From NCBI RefSeq assembly GCF_009914755.1, contig NC_060937.1: a stretch of DNA of 64,000 nt. One strand, 5' to 3'. Numbering within the stretch: position 1 is the first letter of the stretch; each line of letters begins with the position of its first letter. The notes under the pieces are model-generated. The model was not told the origin of the DNA. It worked only from the letters and a program-made list of their open reading frames with translations, and searched no databases. The DNA is from the human T2T-CHM13v2.0 reference genome, Homo sapiens. A program made the translations under genes and the position numbers. Below are positions 1 through 12,868 of the stretch, piece by piece.

Positions 1-84
1 TGTTTTCAGTAGCCTTTCCTTCTCTCTTTTGCAGAATTTCTGATTAATGAATTATTAGTTTTCTTTTCCTATCATTGTAGCAAC

Positions 85-450
85 CGTGAGAGACTAAGTT
101 ATGATGTGATAGCAAACTACCCCAACATACCATTGGTTGAGAACAATAACATTGTGTTTCTGTTTAGAACCTGTGCCATTTCAGATCAGCAGCCATTACT
201 GCTTAACTTGCCTGGGCTTTAGGACTCAGAATGACAGGGCAGCCTTCCTCTGAAACATTGCCAGTCATCGTGCTAGAGGGAAACAGAAGCTGGCAAAACC
301 TCATTCGTTCTTAAAGCTTCAGCCTAGAAGGAGCATACATAAATTCTGCCTACATTTTTTCAAACCCCAAACAAGTCCGATGACCAAAGCCAACTTCCAA
401 GCGCCTGTGTGCCCAGAAGGTAGATAGACTCTCCAGAAACAAGCTCATTA
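85..450 (-). mobile_element. Old MaLR LTR remnant (MLT1I/J-like)
   Basis: Degenerate similarity to recalled MLT1 motifs (gaaacattgccagtcatcgtgctagagggaaa, ttcttaaagcttc, aagtccgatgaccaaagccaac). Confidence 0.45.
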
Positions 451-642
451 CCACAAAACCTTATCTCCTTCTTTTTATACCCAAATATTTTCAACTGTCT
501 TCCACATTGAAACGAGCATACATAAGAACAAATCTTTAATTTTTCTTTTTTGGAATCTCTACTTATGGTTTCCCATGCTCTTTCTAATGCTCACTGTACA
601 GCAAATGTGAAGTTCATTACTTTACTTCAAGTGTTTTAATTC

Positions 643-1224
643 CTATATGGGTTTGCTAGGGCTGTCATAACAAAATACCACAGACTGGGTGGCTTAAACA
701 ACACAAATGAATTTCCTCAATAGTTCTGGGGTTGAAAGGTTCAAGATAAAGGTGTTGGCAGGTTTGGTTTCTGCAGAGGCTTCTCTCCTTGGCTTGCAGA
801 TGGCTTCCTTCACCCGGTGTTTTCATGCGGCCTTTTCTCTGTGCCTGTGTGTCCCTGGTATCTCTTCGTCTTCTTATAAGGACACCAGTCATATTGGATT
901 AGCATCTACCCATATGAACTCATTTAATTCTAATTATTTTTTTAATTTTTAAAATTTTATGTGTGGGTATGTATGTATGTATGTATGTATATATGTATGT
1001 ATGTATAGACAGGGTCTCACTATGTTGTCCAGGCTGGTCTCCAACTTCTAGGCTGAAGCAATCCTCCAGCCTCAGCCTCTCAAAGTGCTGGGATTATAGG
1101 CGTGAGCCACCACGCCTGGCCCCTGATTATTTCTTTAAAGGCCCTGTCTCCAAACACAGTTAGGATTTCAACATATGAATTTTTTTGTGGTGGTGGCAGG
1201 AGGTGATACAATTTAGTACATAAT
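643..1224 (-). mobile_element. MaLR solo LTR (MLT1A/B/C-like) interrupted by an Alu monomer
   Basis: gtttgctagggctgtcataacaaaataccacagactgggtggcttaaacaac ... ttataaggacaccagtcatattggatt ... ttaggatttcaacatatgaatttt are typical of reverse-strand MLT1. Confidence 0.85.
935..1121 (-). mobile_element. Free left Alu monomer (FLAM/AluJ-like) whose tail decayed into (TATG)n
   Basis: gacagggtctcactatgttgtccaggctggtctc...gtgctgggattataggcgtgagccaccacgcctggcc; probable TSD ctaattattttttt / ctgattatttcttt. Confidence 0.9.
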
Positions 1225-1544
1225 AATTATGGTCACCACATATGAAGGACACTTTCAGTATTTTATTTAACCTCTCAGGATGGCATTTTGTACTGTGAAG
1301 AATCTACCTTCAAATTCACTCATTCTTTAGTTTTCATAGTGCTTTAACTTTGAAGTTTTCTTCCTTCGTTCTTTTCACTTTCAGCTCTTTTTGGCTTTTT
1401 ATTACTGCATATTACTTTCCTGAAAGATTTTCTCCATGTCCATTATTTCAGTCACTACCTGTATGGGTGGTGGGTCTCACGTCACATGTCCAGTCCACTA
1501 AGTTCCAAGGTTACATCTTTAACAGCAAACTTCCAGGATGTGCA

Positions 1545-1690
1545 CAGTTCTTGAACCAGTAGCATCAACATCACATGAGTGCTGCTTTGAAATGTGCAGT
1601 CTTGAGCCCTGCCCTGGAACTACTGAATCTGAATCTGCATTTTGGTAAAATCCTCAGATGAGATTTACACCTAGTAAATTTGAAAGTAGC
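1545..1690. mobile_element. MER5-type hAT-Charlie MITE remnant
   Basis: agcatcaacatcac...ctactgaatctgaatctgcatttt...aaatcctcagatga...aaatttgaaa resembles MER5A/B. Confidence 0.65.
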
Positions 1691-1774
1691 ATTCTGTTTG
1701 ATTTCTCTATCTAGACATTCCAAAGAAATCTCAAACTGAACATGTTGAGAATGAAACCATTAATTCCTTTGTCT

Positions 1775-2060
1775 TCACTCATGTATTAATTTGATGACTA
1801 TTTATTGGGGCTACTGTGTGTAAAGCCACTGCTCTATGATTTATGGCTGTGAACAAAACAAGCAAACAACAAAATGTCTGCCTGCCTGAATATTTTATTC
1901 TGGACCGTAGAGACAGTTAAGAAACAATAAGGCCTGATTAATCCGTATATTACATAAGTGGCTAGAAAGTGATGTGTGCCTTGGAAAGATGAAAATATCA
2001 AGCGAGATAAGGATGATCATAAATATAGTGTAGGACACTGAGAAGGTGAGATTTCCCTTC
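1775..2060 (-). mobile_element. L2 LINE 3' end fragment
   Basis: ttcactcat...tatttattgggg-ctactgtgtg...cactgctcta...gtgaacaaaaca, the usual reverse-strand L2 tail pattern. Confidence 0.55.
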
Positions 2061-3824
2061 CTTTATTTCTTATCTCAGGGAATGACATGACCATCCCCTC
2101 ACATGAGCAGGGGGAAAACACAATTAGAAATTGTGTGTGTTATCTTAACACTCTTACTTTAACCTGTCAATTCTGGATTCCTAATGTCTTTCAAATCTTT
2201 CACTTGTTTTTCTGTTCACTGACAGGCTCCTTCTCACATCCTCAGGGTTTCTCCTGCTCAGGTTATAGCCACCTAAGTGACCTCACTGCTTTTCTACTCC
2301 CAAGTTGCTGCCATGATGATGATAACACCTGCTTGCTGGAAAACTTAATGGTTCCAACTGCCTTTTGAATAAAACAGAAACGTCTTATGATGAGCAATAA
2401 GACTGATGATAAAATGGTTTCTTCTTACCATTTTACCATAATTCATTCCCATAAGCACAGTCCCCTCTGGTGAAACTGCATACTACCCGTATTTTCTTTC
2501 CTCTTACCCTTACTCATCCAGGCTTTTTGTTTGGTTTGCATGGAACACTGAAATACTGCCTTGTTTTGTAAATATCTTCTGATTCCTCTGTGCGCTAAAA
2601 TTTGGCACTATTAGCACTGTATTATCATTGTAGGTTTTCCCCAAAATGTGTGTTCTTAGAAGGCAGGTGCTCTCTTGCTTACCTGTGAATCCTTAGTGCC
2701 AATAAAAAACTTAGTACTCAGTAGCATTTATTACTTTTTGACCAATAATTTATAGATGATGGTTCATAGAATGACTGGAAATCTTCTAGGTTAAATCCTT
2801 TCAGAATAAATATAGGCAAAGGTATGACGGTGTGTTTGGAAAACAGAACCTCACTTTTGTGGGACCCTAAAGTATGGTTTGGGTTGTTGTTCAAATTGAA
2901 GTGAGAAGATACCTTGCACATCTTTCCAAGAAACTTAGATAAAATGCTGTAGAGAAGCCTTTGAAGGACTTTAAGTGAGTAACATAATCTCTGGAATATC
3001 AAATTTGAATTTTAGAAAGTGACTGTCATTGAGAATGGGAAGAGATTGGAGGGATGTAATCTTAGTGTAGTACGTCCAGAGAAAGATGATAAAGGCTTGG
3101 ACTAAGGCAATGGCAGTATAGCCGTGGGAAAGAGGACTGGAAAAGAAAGACATAAAGCTTTCTCTATGAGGATCTATTGATTTTGAAGGGAGAAATGAAC
3201 CTTGTGCTATCCACCAAGACTGAATTAGGGTCCATAAAAATATTTACAATTTTACATCATCAATTTAAAAGTCTCAACATTCCATCAATTTGGGCCTGGT
3301 CTTCATTCCTAGAAGACTCTGATTCCGAACAAGTGATCATTTATTGTGAATAAAATTTAGGACAGGAGTCACACATCCTGCCATTCATTAAATCCCACCT
3401 TTCTAAAAAAGAATTAGTCTGCTTCCTCAATTATGTTTTAATAGCTGCAACATATAAATTGATATTTGTTCATGCATTACAATTAGTAAAGACATAGCTG
3501 TCTTTGAGGCACTTATTTTCTGGCAGAGGAAACGGACTTAAAGTAGTAAATATGTAATATAATTACTGTGCTATCAAGAGAATAAAGCCTTTGTTGTAAT
3601 CAATCTAAGTTACAGTTAAGTCAGAATTGTGCTTCTTGCAACCACTTTATCACTTATCTGGTCCATCTTTGCTAAAAACTCGTTTAAATACCAAATACTT
3701 ATACTAAAAACTTCTGATTTTCTCTGAGTTTTGATGTTACATATTTGAAAGTAATATTTATCTTTTTTACAAATCAACTCCAGCAATATTCACAAATAGT
3801 TATTTAAAAACCGATAGGTTTGTG

Positions 3825-3880
3825 TCCAGCCTGGGCAGCATAGCAAGATATCATCTCTAAAACAAACAAACAAAAAATAA
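3825..3880 (+). mobile_element. Short Alu fragment with A-rich tail
   Basis: tccagcctgggcagcatagcaaga...catctctaaaacaaacaaacaaaaaa. Confidence 0.7.
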
Positions 3881-4891
3881 TAGGAGAGAGAACTAAAAAT
3901 TAATGAACTTGAGTAACAGAGCTGACAAAATGAGATTTCATTTTTAAAAAATTAGTTACTCCAGGCATAATTTAGAATCACCTGTTTTCTTTGATCTCAT
4001 TTTTAAACACATTATATTTTTAGTCTTAATGAGGGTGACATTTCATAATTGCTACATTTTAACTGCATATTCCATGAATTTCTAAAGTTTACTTTCCTTC
4101 CAACATTTCCTTCTTCTGCCCCTTCCTTCTGGTCTAGAGAGCATCTCCTATGATCAGCCTAGGGCTTTTCATTTCTTTTTCCAAAACAATTGTTTATGTC
4201 AAAAAAAATCATAATGAAGGCCTTTAGGACTTGGCCTTGAAATGTTAAAACTCAAGTTCTTGGTCCTCCAAAGCCTTGGTTTTAAAACTGAAAAGTTTTT
4301 GGTTTCTAAATTAAAACAAAACAAAAAACCTGCTTGTTGTTGAATTTTTCCTCTGATAATTGATATGGGGAAGGAAAGTATTGTGGGAGGAAAAAATCTT
4401 AGTTAATATACTAAATATTATTCCTTCCAATAACTTTTATTTTCATGCTTCTGAAATATCTTACATGTCTGGGTTTTGGGTCATATTTAGTAAAGACATT
4501 ACTTTATGTTCTTAGATACCAAGAAGACCCAGATAGGAAAATAACCTACTACACTTTTCATCAGTAAGCAATCACTTGGCATGTTGTAAGTCTCTGACAT
4601 TTTCCACAGGGGAAAGAAAATTATTAGTACTCTCGTGGTGGCTTAGATGATAGCAGGTAGTGAGGACTTTTAGGGAGGCTAAATGAAGTGATGTCGTTCT
4701 TTATGCATCAGTATATACTATTCCCAACTTCTTGCATGTGAAGTTACACAAGATTCATACCCAGTGAACCTTTTTATTCCAAGAATAAACTAAAATACTA
4801 GCTTTTTTTTTGAAAAAAAAAAAGTAATGTATTTTCATCTTGGTGGTTAGAAAAGTATTTAAAATATATGAGAACAAATAGAGAAAATGTA

Positions 4892-4961
4892 AAAAATTAT
4901 ATTCTAAACATTATGCATAACAATATAAAAATTATATCCTAAACATTATGTATAACAATAC
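4892..4961. repeat. 35-bp tandem duplication, 2 copies
   Basis: aaaaattatattctaaacattatgcataacaatat followed by aaaaattatatcctaaacattatgtataacaatac. Confidence 0.9.
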
Positions 4962-4998
4962 ATATCATTTTTGATGGCCTTTATGGTGGATGTTTGGT

Positions 4999-5028
4999 TT
5001 TAATTGTTTTCTTTCTTCTTTCATTTAG
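4999..5028 (+). promoter_or_regulatory. Branch point, polypyrimidine tract and 3' splice acceptor of the GPC5 exon
   Basis: tttaat (yUnAy-like) about 25 nt upstream, T/C-rich tract, TAG at 5026-5028. Confidence 0.85.
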
Positions 5029-5154
5029 AGAATTTATCAACAGCCTTCGACTGTACAGGTCATTCTATGGAGGTCTAGCTGATCAGCTTTGTGCTAATGA
5101 ATTAGCTGCTGCAGATGGACTTCCCTGCTGGAATGGAGAAGATATAGTAAAAAG
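5029..5154 (+). CDS. GPC5: Glypican-5 internal coding exon (126 bp, phase 2/2; probably exon 5)
   Basis: From 5030 it translates to EFINSLRLYRSFYGGLADQLCANELAAADGLPCWNGEDIVK, including the glypican-family CWNG motif, and matches my recall of human GPC5. Bounded by tttag| and |gtattt; length divisible by 3; contained in track ORF 4994..5185. Confidence 0.96.
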
Positions 5155-5160
5155 GTATTT
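5155..5160 (+). promoter_or_regulatory. 5' splice donor AAG|GTATTT
   Basis: GT at 5155-5156, where glypican similarity stops; +4/+5 deviate from GTAAGT. Confidence 0.85.
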
Positions 5161-6134
5161 TATGTGGTCTGTGAAAACCTACTAGTTACATCATCCTTGC
5201 TTTCTTTTTCTGAATCTTAAGGGGATTAATTCAGTCTTAACTTTGTCACACAGTTTACAGTCTACATTAAATACTTATCTTTAGTTTGTCAAAAAACAAG
5301 GAAAAGAACAACAAAACCTGATCCTTTTAGGTATCTTAAAACTATAATAGCATTCTGTGGTATTTTGAAAGTCTTCTCTTTTACCTATCTATGACTTACC
5401 AACAATCCTACTTTTGAATTAAACACCGTTTATTTTTTATCCAGTCTGTCTGTTGTTTACCAAATATTGTATTTCTTTTTAGTTTAAATTCATGAGTATT
5501 AGAAAGTGAGGAAATTCAGTGAAATGTGAATACCTATTCAAAGATTCATTGGTATATGGATATGTGTCCTAACAATGTTAATGTGTCCATCCTACAATGG
5601 TCTGATAGAAAGAGAGCATGCAAGAAAGAGAGAGAGAGAGATTGAGAAAGAGAGAGAGAGACTATGTAATAGTGGGGGCACTTTTATATATATATATATA
5701 TCTGTTTGAGGCATTGTTCATTGATATGTTGTCAATTATTCTCAAACTTAGAAGTGAAATTCCATGTTTACTTTTTTTCCTGCCTATCTAGAATTTCTTT
5801 GACAGTTTCTTTTCCTTTATTTCCTATAACTGATTGTACTTTCAAGCAATCTCCTGAGCTTGAGAAAGTCATAAATTCTCCCTCTGTGGTCAATTAAACT
5901 GGTTGGGGAAAAGTCTCTTGATTTGCCAATACTGGTGGTTATTATAGAATGTAGGATAATGAGGTTTTGTGTTTGGATCTGAATCTGTTAAACTATAAAA
6001 TAAATATATTTTTTATTTGTACATTTTACATTTTGGATTTGAATCCATTAAAAAGTATACTTTGGATCTGAATGTGTTAAAATATATTTTTGAGCAGTCT
6101 CCAAAATGAAAGATAGGGTGTTAAGCTTTCTGAC

Positions 6135-6511
6135 AGATATGGTTTGGCTGTGTCCCCACCCAAGTCTCATCTCGAATTGTGGTTCCCGTAATCCCCAGGT
6201 GACCTGGGAGGGACCTGGTAGGAGATCATTTAATCATGGGGATGGTTTCCCCGATCCTGTTCTTGGGATAGTGAGTTAATTCTCCCGAGATCTGATGGTT
6301 TTATACGGGGCTTCCCCTTTGCTGTGCACATATACTTCTCTTTGCTGCTGCCATGTGAAGAAGGACGTATTTGCTTCCCCTTATGCCATGATTAAAAGTT
6401 TCCTGAGGCCTCTCTAGCCATGCTGAACTATGAGTCAATTAAACTTCTTTCCTTTATAAATCACCCAGTCTTGGGTATTTCTTCATAGCACTATGAAAAT
6501 GGACTAATACA
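6135..6511 (+). mobile_element. THE1 (THE1C/D-like) MaLR solo LTR, sense to GPC5
   Basis: gatatggtttggctgtgtccccaccc ... gccatgtgaagaaggacgt ... gagtcaattaaac ... atggactaataca; full-length LTR termini. Confidence 0.93.
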
Positions 6512-7954
6512 ATGAATTACAAGTAAACCTCCTCTATATGCAGATAGGTGGTTTAGTTACCACAAAAGTGATGAGTTCATTTAAAACATTATTTAGCAAA
6601 TTAACTTTGCTATGATAAACATATACTATAATCAATTTTAATAGAAATTTATATAACTAAGCCACTTATATATTTCTGAGTGATCATTTTCATTATAGTT
6701 AAAAGCTACATTCCTGAAATATTAAATTATTATTTTACTAATATCCTGACTATCTGAATATCTCATAGAGACTTAGACTTCACAGAAAAAAAAATTGAAG
6801 ACAAAAACTGTATTTAAATTTAAATAAAATAATTGGCTGATATGACTAGTGCTCTTTTTTCATTATGCACCCTGGATGTTGCAATGTAACAATTTTGCAA
6901 ATATTTCTTTATTGCTTTTACTGAGAGAAGTGATAGCATTCTCATACTTTGAGTTCTTAGTGTATTCATGTCAACATTTCTGCTTCTTAGATCTAGTAAT
7001 TAAATTCTAGTTTGACATAGTATTTTTTCAAACTGTTCAAACTGGAATTGAACTTTTTGTATATTTTTACAAAGACTAATGAGAAACCCAGAGTGATTAA
7101 TAAAAATTTATTATATCATATAAATATGTTTAATATACTACATTACATTATGTTGAATTATATTATCTGAATCTACAGCTGCAAGAACCTTAATCTGAAT
7201 TTATCCCATTCCTCTCTTGACCAGTTGGTCTGGGGTTTGTGTAATGGGAAATACTGTTGGAGAAATCAATGATTTGGGGAAACCTTTTAGAGTGATAGTA
7301 TTTTCAGCTCAATGAATATATTTTATTCTACATAATATATTTTTAAAGACCTCATTCATGGTTTATGAATTTGAAAAAGCACAGAGTTAGCAAGGACTCT
7401 CCATGAAAACCGTCCACATTTCTGATTAGCGAAGTGTGTGATTCTTAGTATTCCCATTTGCTTCCAGCTAATGCCTTCCCTTTCCTGTACCACCACAGAC
7501 TCCTGTCTATTAGCTACTTCCAAGTGCATAGAGACTCCAGTCTTTCGTGAACAAGCTTCACTGTGTCTTTAACTATCTTCAAACAATTCTTCCAACCTCA
7601 TCACCTTAATGGACATTTTCCCTTTCTTGAGCACATCTTTCTCTTCCATTTCTGTCTCATGGGTCCCCAACCTACTCCTGTGCCCTTTGGTTCTCAGTGC
7701 CAGCATATGAGCCTCACACACTCCTACCACCTCTAAGGCTACTGCCAAAATGAGCATGTTTCAGCCCTGATTATTCTGTTGCCATGAACTGAGGGTTTCA
7801 GAAGCATTATTTAATTCCCCCAATACTTCACTTTTAATGCCCCAAGTAAGTTGATTGGACTCTATCTCTTTTCTATTTGACGACGAGAAAATTCTGTGTC
7901 TTTTGACTTAAAAAATTAACTTAAAATTTTAATTTTAGTCATGACTCACTCAAT

Positions 7955-8420
7955 TCTTTATTTTTTTTCATTTTTAATTTTTATGTGTACATAGCAGGTG
8001 TATATGGGGTACATGTGATATTTTGATACAGGCATGCAATGTGTAATAATCACATCAGGGTAAATGAGGTACCCATCAACTCAAGCACTTATCATTTCTT
8101 TATGTTATAAGCATTCCAATTATACTTTTAGTTACTTTAAAATGTACAATAAATTATTGTTGACTGTAGTCATCCTGTTGTGCTATCTAATACTAGATTT
8201 TACTCATTCTGTCTAACTATATTTTATACCTATTAATTATCCCCATTACCCTCTTCCCACTACTCTACCCAGCCTCTGGTAACCATCCTTCTACTCTCCA
8301 TCTCCATGAATTCAATTGTTTTAACTTTTAGCTCCCACAAATGATTGAGAATATGTGAAGTTTATCTTTCTGTGCCTGGCTTATTTCACTCAACATAATG
8401 GCCTCCAGTTCCATCCCCTT
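7955..8420 (-). mobile_element. L1 3' UTR fragment (L1MA-like)
   Basis: T-rich tail then ggggtacatgtgatattttgatacaggcatgcaatgtgtaataatcacatcagggtaaat ... tgtgcctggcttatttcactcaacataatggcctccagttccatcc. Confidence 0.9.
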
Positions 8421-10009
8421 GATGTAAATTTAGAATGAGATTTTTTTTTTCTCAATGCCAACTCAATGGTAAAATGTAAGTATCCATCAATTCTCGTTGA
8501 TTGATTATGGTATCATGAAATGTTACATAGCAGTCAAATTGATACATATTTATATCTGCTACTGTGGAATGATGTCAAATAATTAAACAAAATTAACTAG
8601 AAACAGGATAGGACATATTTTACCAGCAGATTTCAAAAAAATAAAATAGATATTAATATTGGTTCTGCATAGAGTATTTCTGGAAAGTTACAAGAAAATT
8701 GTTAATGTGCATAAATTTAGGACAAAGTACTAGGGGGCAGGGAGGTCTTTTATTTTTTAATTTGTATTGTACATACTTATTTTAAATGAAAACAGGTGTT
8801 AAAGTGATACAAGAATTATGGGCCATTATTGTTTTTTATGTTTTATAATTCTCAAAAAAAAGTAAAAATTAACGTTGTAAAAAGTGCTATTTATACATTT
8901 AATTTCTACTAATTCAGATTTTCCTAGGAATTTTGTGATATAGTTTTGTCAAAGAGTTAATACATATGCTTCAATATTGAACTGCTGAATTTATCTAGGA
9001 GAGTTTCTATACAAAGTCAAGTCCTGATCACTGTTACAATCTTAAATTAACCACTTTCTCCTTGAGAAAAAATGAAGTATAGCAGTGATCTGTGGTGAAA
9101 AGCTCTAAGCAATCCTCACATGTGAGATTCATTTCAGAGACCTGCAGTTAGTTGAAGTAAGTAATGCCATTCAGTTTTGAGGAAATGGACAAGTGAATGT
9201 ATACTACATTTGGGGATGATAGAGTGTTTTCCTTTTTTATGGGAGGTTATAATACCCATCAGCTTCATTCTAGAGGAGTTAAGCCAAACACATCAATAGG
9301 TCAAATTGGTGGCCAAGATTAAGTCTATTCTTCATTATAAGAGTGAAGCAATTATTTTGGCAAGATTTCTTCTCCTGCAGGCATTTTTAAAGAGGTGATT
9401 GATATGATTATTTGTGTGCACAGACATTCTTCAAAGACTAGGAGAGCCATACAGACTATTTTAATATCATGACAGTCCTGTAAAACTGTGTGAAATCACC
9501 TATGTGCTGATCAAAAGAGGTGGAATTCCTTTGTGATTGTAGATGAAAATGTCTCAAATATCTGTAGTGTAAAAAGAGTTTGATTTTTGAAACAAAATCT
9601 ATTTAACTCAAATGATTTCGAAGACTGTATTCATATCATATACTCTACTGCAACACTGAGGTCAACAGTTCAAACAATTTCTGATTTAAGAAGAAAATAT
9701 TATTGAAATCCATGTAGTCTGTATCTCTTACAGTCTCTTTTATCTCCCCTTCCTGTCTCTTCATTACAAAACAACATTGTTCTCTGAAAGGCATGTTAGT
9801 CTTTGTTCTCAGTTCTCTGTGATTGCAAATTGATTGTTTGATGATTCGTTCTTTTCTTTCTGGGCATTGAAGTTCAGGTGACAGCTCCTTAATTACCAGG
9901 GCTTCCTTTTCCCTTTTGATTAACAGATAATCCTGTAACTGTCCCTCAGTCTCCAGGAATTAACTTCCACAGTGGCTCTTAAACCAGCCAGTATCTGTTA
10001 AGTACCTTT

Positions 10010-10776
10010 TTGAAGAAAACTCTCAAACCATGTTTTTCCTCTGCTTTTATACCACCGCAACAATCATCAACACGGAACTTCTGTGACCAAAATTGTGGGG
10101 TTTTTTTTCACCACACACCAGGCATCCAAAACCAGATGAGTGTCCTCCAATTCAATTCCAACACTATCTACCTGGAGATCCCACAGGCTGGGAGCTCAGT
10201 CCCCAAGACTGCCCTGCCTTTCTGAGACCAGTTCCAAGTCCCATCCTCCAGAACTTCTGACCAACTGGCTTCAAGTTGGGGTTTCTACAACCCCCTCTTT
10301 GGGTTCAATGAATCTGATGGAGCAGCTCATGGAATTCAGAGAAACACTTATGTTTACCAGTTTTTTATCAAGGATATTACAAAGGCTACAGATGAAGAGA
10401 TGCCTAGGGCAAGGTATGGGGCAAGGGGTGATGAGCTTCCGTGTCCTCTCTGGGCAGCTGCCCTCTAGGAACTTCTTTGTGTTCAGCTATCCAGAAGCTC
10501 TTTCAACCTTGTCCTCTTGAATATTTATGGAGACTTCATTATGGAGACAACATTAATTTTGCCATTGGCCATTGGTGATCAACTTGACCTTCAGCCCCTC
10601 TCCCCTCCCTGGAGGTTGGTGGGAGGGGCTGAAAGTCCCAACCCTCTAATCATGCTTCTGTCTTTCTGAAGTGTCAGTCAACTTTAGCATACAAAAAGCA
10701 CTTTGGAGATTCCAAGGATTTTAGCAAATGCCAAGAAACAGGGAAGAAGACCAAATATATATTTTGCAATATCATA
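10010..10776 (-). mobile_element. MER21-family solo LTR
   Basis: cttctgtgaccaaa...aattccaacactatctacctggagat...gctcagtccccaagactgcc...aagaccaaatatatattttgcaatatca; visibly homologous to 18505-19509. Confidence 0.8.
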
Positions 10777-12532
10777 GCACCCTGGTAAAATTAATATGCC
10801 ACATTATTTCTACTTCATCTTGATTAAGTTAATGTTCTTGAATGCTTCTTTCATAATCCAGTTTTCTCTTTTCTAGCTTTTATGATAAGCTGACCCTTTT
10901 CCTCAACTGGTTGTGTGTGAGTTTTTAAAATCAGATAAAATAGAAAACTTTATAAATCTCTGAGAGTTTGTACTCTACCAATTCTCACTTTTCTTTCCAC
11001 CCAGGCAATGACAGTTTTCCTGACCATAATTTTGTTAACCTCATTTTTTTTTTTTCTTTTACCCATTATCTAGCTGGAAAGCCACTTCAATTTCAATCTT
11101 TCTTTTTTCTTCCTGACCTTACAGCATTCAATTACATTTTTCCTATTTAACATCTGTCCTAGTTTCCAAAAGTTTTGAACTTCATTTTAAAAACGATCAG
11201 GTCTCAGGATTGTCTGAATTTCTGAATTTTATTAATGTAACAACTGGTTGCTTTTCCTATGTTTCTTGTGCAAAGGCAGTATGTTCTTTATGACTTAAAC
11301 ACCAGTTTGTTTTCTATTTCTTTTTTTTTTTTTCCTGGCAAATTCTACCTATCCAATCAGTTTCTCATATCCTTTGTCTATACCTTCCTAATAATTATCA
11401 TTATCATACCTATAGCCTATCATATTTGGTTCAGAATTGGAGGTTGCTTTAAAAAAGTGTGATTTGAAGACTTCTTCCTCACTTCAGCAATTTACCATGG
11501 AGCTTGAAATGCCCACAATTAACTGAATAATTTTCAATTAAATCATTTTCTCCATGCAACTGTATATGCAGCTTTGCCAAACTCTCACTTTTGTCTTGAA
11601 TCTTAGGGGTATGAATCCCCTCATTTGTGTTTCATTTTAACCCCTAAATGCACTGTGACACCTATAATACATTTTTTTTGCATTTATATGTCACACATCT
11701 TCTTTATTCTTCTCTATTGCAGTTTCTTTTGGAATAGATCTCCTGTATTATCTAAGAGTCTAAGAATGATTAATATCATTGAACATCAATGAGTAATTCT
11801 TTGAAGATAACAAGACTCTGAGGGAATGACATTTTTATAAGCATTAGTGAGAACTAAGAGATTTAGGACTTTGGACTTGGTGATAACGCTCTGATGGGTA
11901 ATACGTGGGTCCAAAGTGAAGTTGATGCCTGAAAGGAAGATTAGATGAAGGGAGATGAATCATACAAGTTACAATCTATGCTGACTCTGGATGCTGATTT
12001 TTTCTCCCCCCCGGACAACTTTAAGACCATGTACATCTCATGGTACGCACTTTCATGGACATTTTTGTTAAATGGGAATCTAAAGAACCCCATGAATCTG
12101 AAATGTTTTGGGTTAGAGACATGTTGGGTGGGATTGTTCCTATCAAAAAGATGAGGCACTGGAATGAGGGGTAGATCCACGTGCAAAGACCTGCCCAAAG
12201 TCAAAAGTCTGAGTTTGCAGTCTTCATTAAGGGAAGAACTGAAACATTTGTGCTCATTTGTGACAAAAATAAAAATTGCAGTTTCAGATATAAGGGACTA
12301 CAGAATTCATCACATTGCAGATTACACATTCTAGGTTCAATTAGACAAATCCAGGTATGGCTGATGGTTTGAAATCAACAGAAAATAAATTTGCAGGATT
12401 CTTGGCTGTATAATATCCCTATGCCACAGTTGTACTCTCCCTGCCTTCCTCTATTACACTTTCTTGGTAGGTAATTTTTATTTCATTGATAGTCCCTAAG
12501 TAGTTATCTCATGGTTTGGGTCTATAACAAAT

Positions 12533-12868
12533 ATAGTCACCCCTTGGTATCCATGGGGAATTGTGTCCAGGACCTCTCTCAGGTACCAGAACTCAAGGAT
12601 GCTCAAGTCCCAGCTATAAAATGGGGTAGTATTTGCGTATAACCGATGCACATCCTCCTGTTTACTTTAAATCATCTCTAGACTAAATATAGTACCTAAT
12701 ACAATGTAAATGCTGTGTAAATAGTTGTTATACTGTTTTTTAAAACTTGGTGTTGTTTTTTATTTTTATATATTTTTTTCTTCAAATATTTTTGATTCGT
12801 GGTTGGTCGAATCCTTGAACACAGTTGAATCCTTGATCTGGAACTGGTGGATCCAGAGGGCCAACTGT
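12533..12868. mobile_element. MER2 (TcMar-Tigger) non-autonomous DNA transposon
   Basis: Termini tagtcacccctt...gagggccaactg with flanking TA; internal ggatgctcaagtccc, ctttaaatcatctctaga, ctaatacaatgtaaatgct. Confidence 0.88.

Larger units (their letters stand above)
1..5028 (+). other. GPC5: 3' part of the intron upstream of the GPC5 exon (probably intron 4)
   Basis: Ends in a pyrimidine tract and AG (ttttctttcttctttcatttag) directly before the coding exon; no other glypican-like coding sequence seen upstream. Intron number is from recall. Confidence 0.85.

Noticed and set aside
12-34. Strong acceptor-like tract ending tttgcag
   Set aside because: No convincing donor follows and a stop comes within five codons in the expected phase; probably a decoy.
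4994-5185. Track ORF read as a stand-alone 63-aa gene
   Set aside because: Only 5029-5154 is glypican-like and it is bounded by splice sites; the flanking residues are translated intron.
10010-10520. Longest ORFs (126 aa and overlapping)
   Set aside because: Inside a MER21 LTR, non-ATG starts, no recognisable domain.
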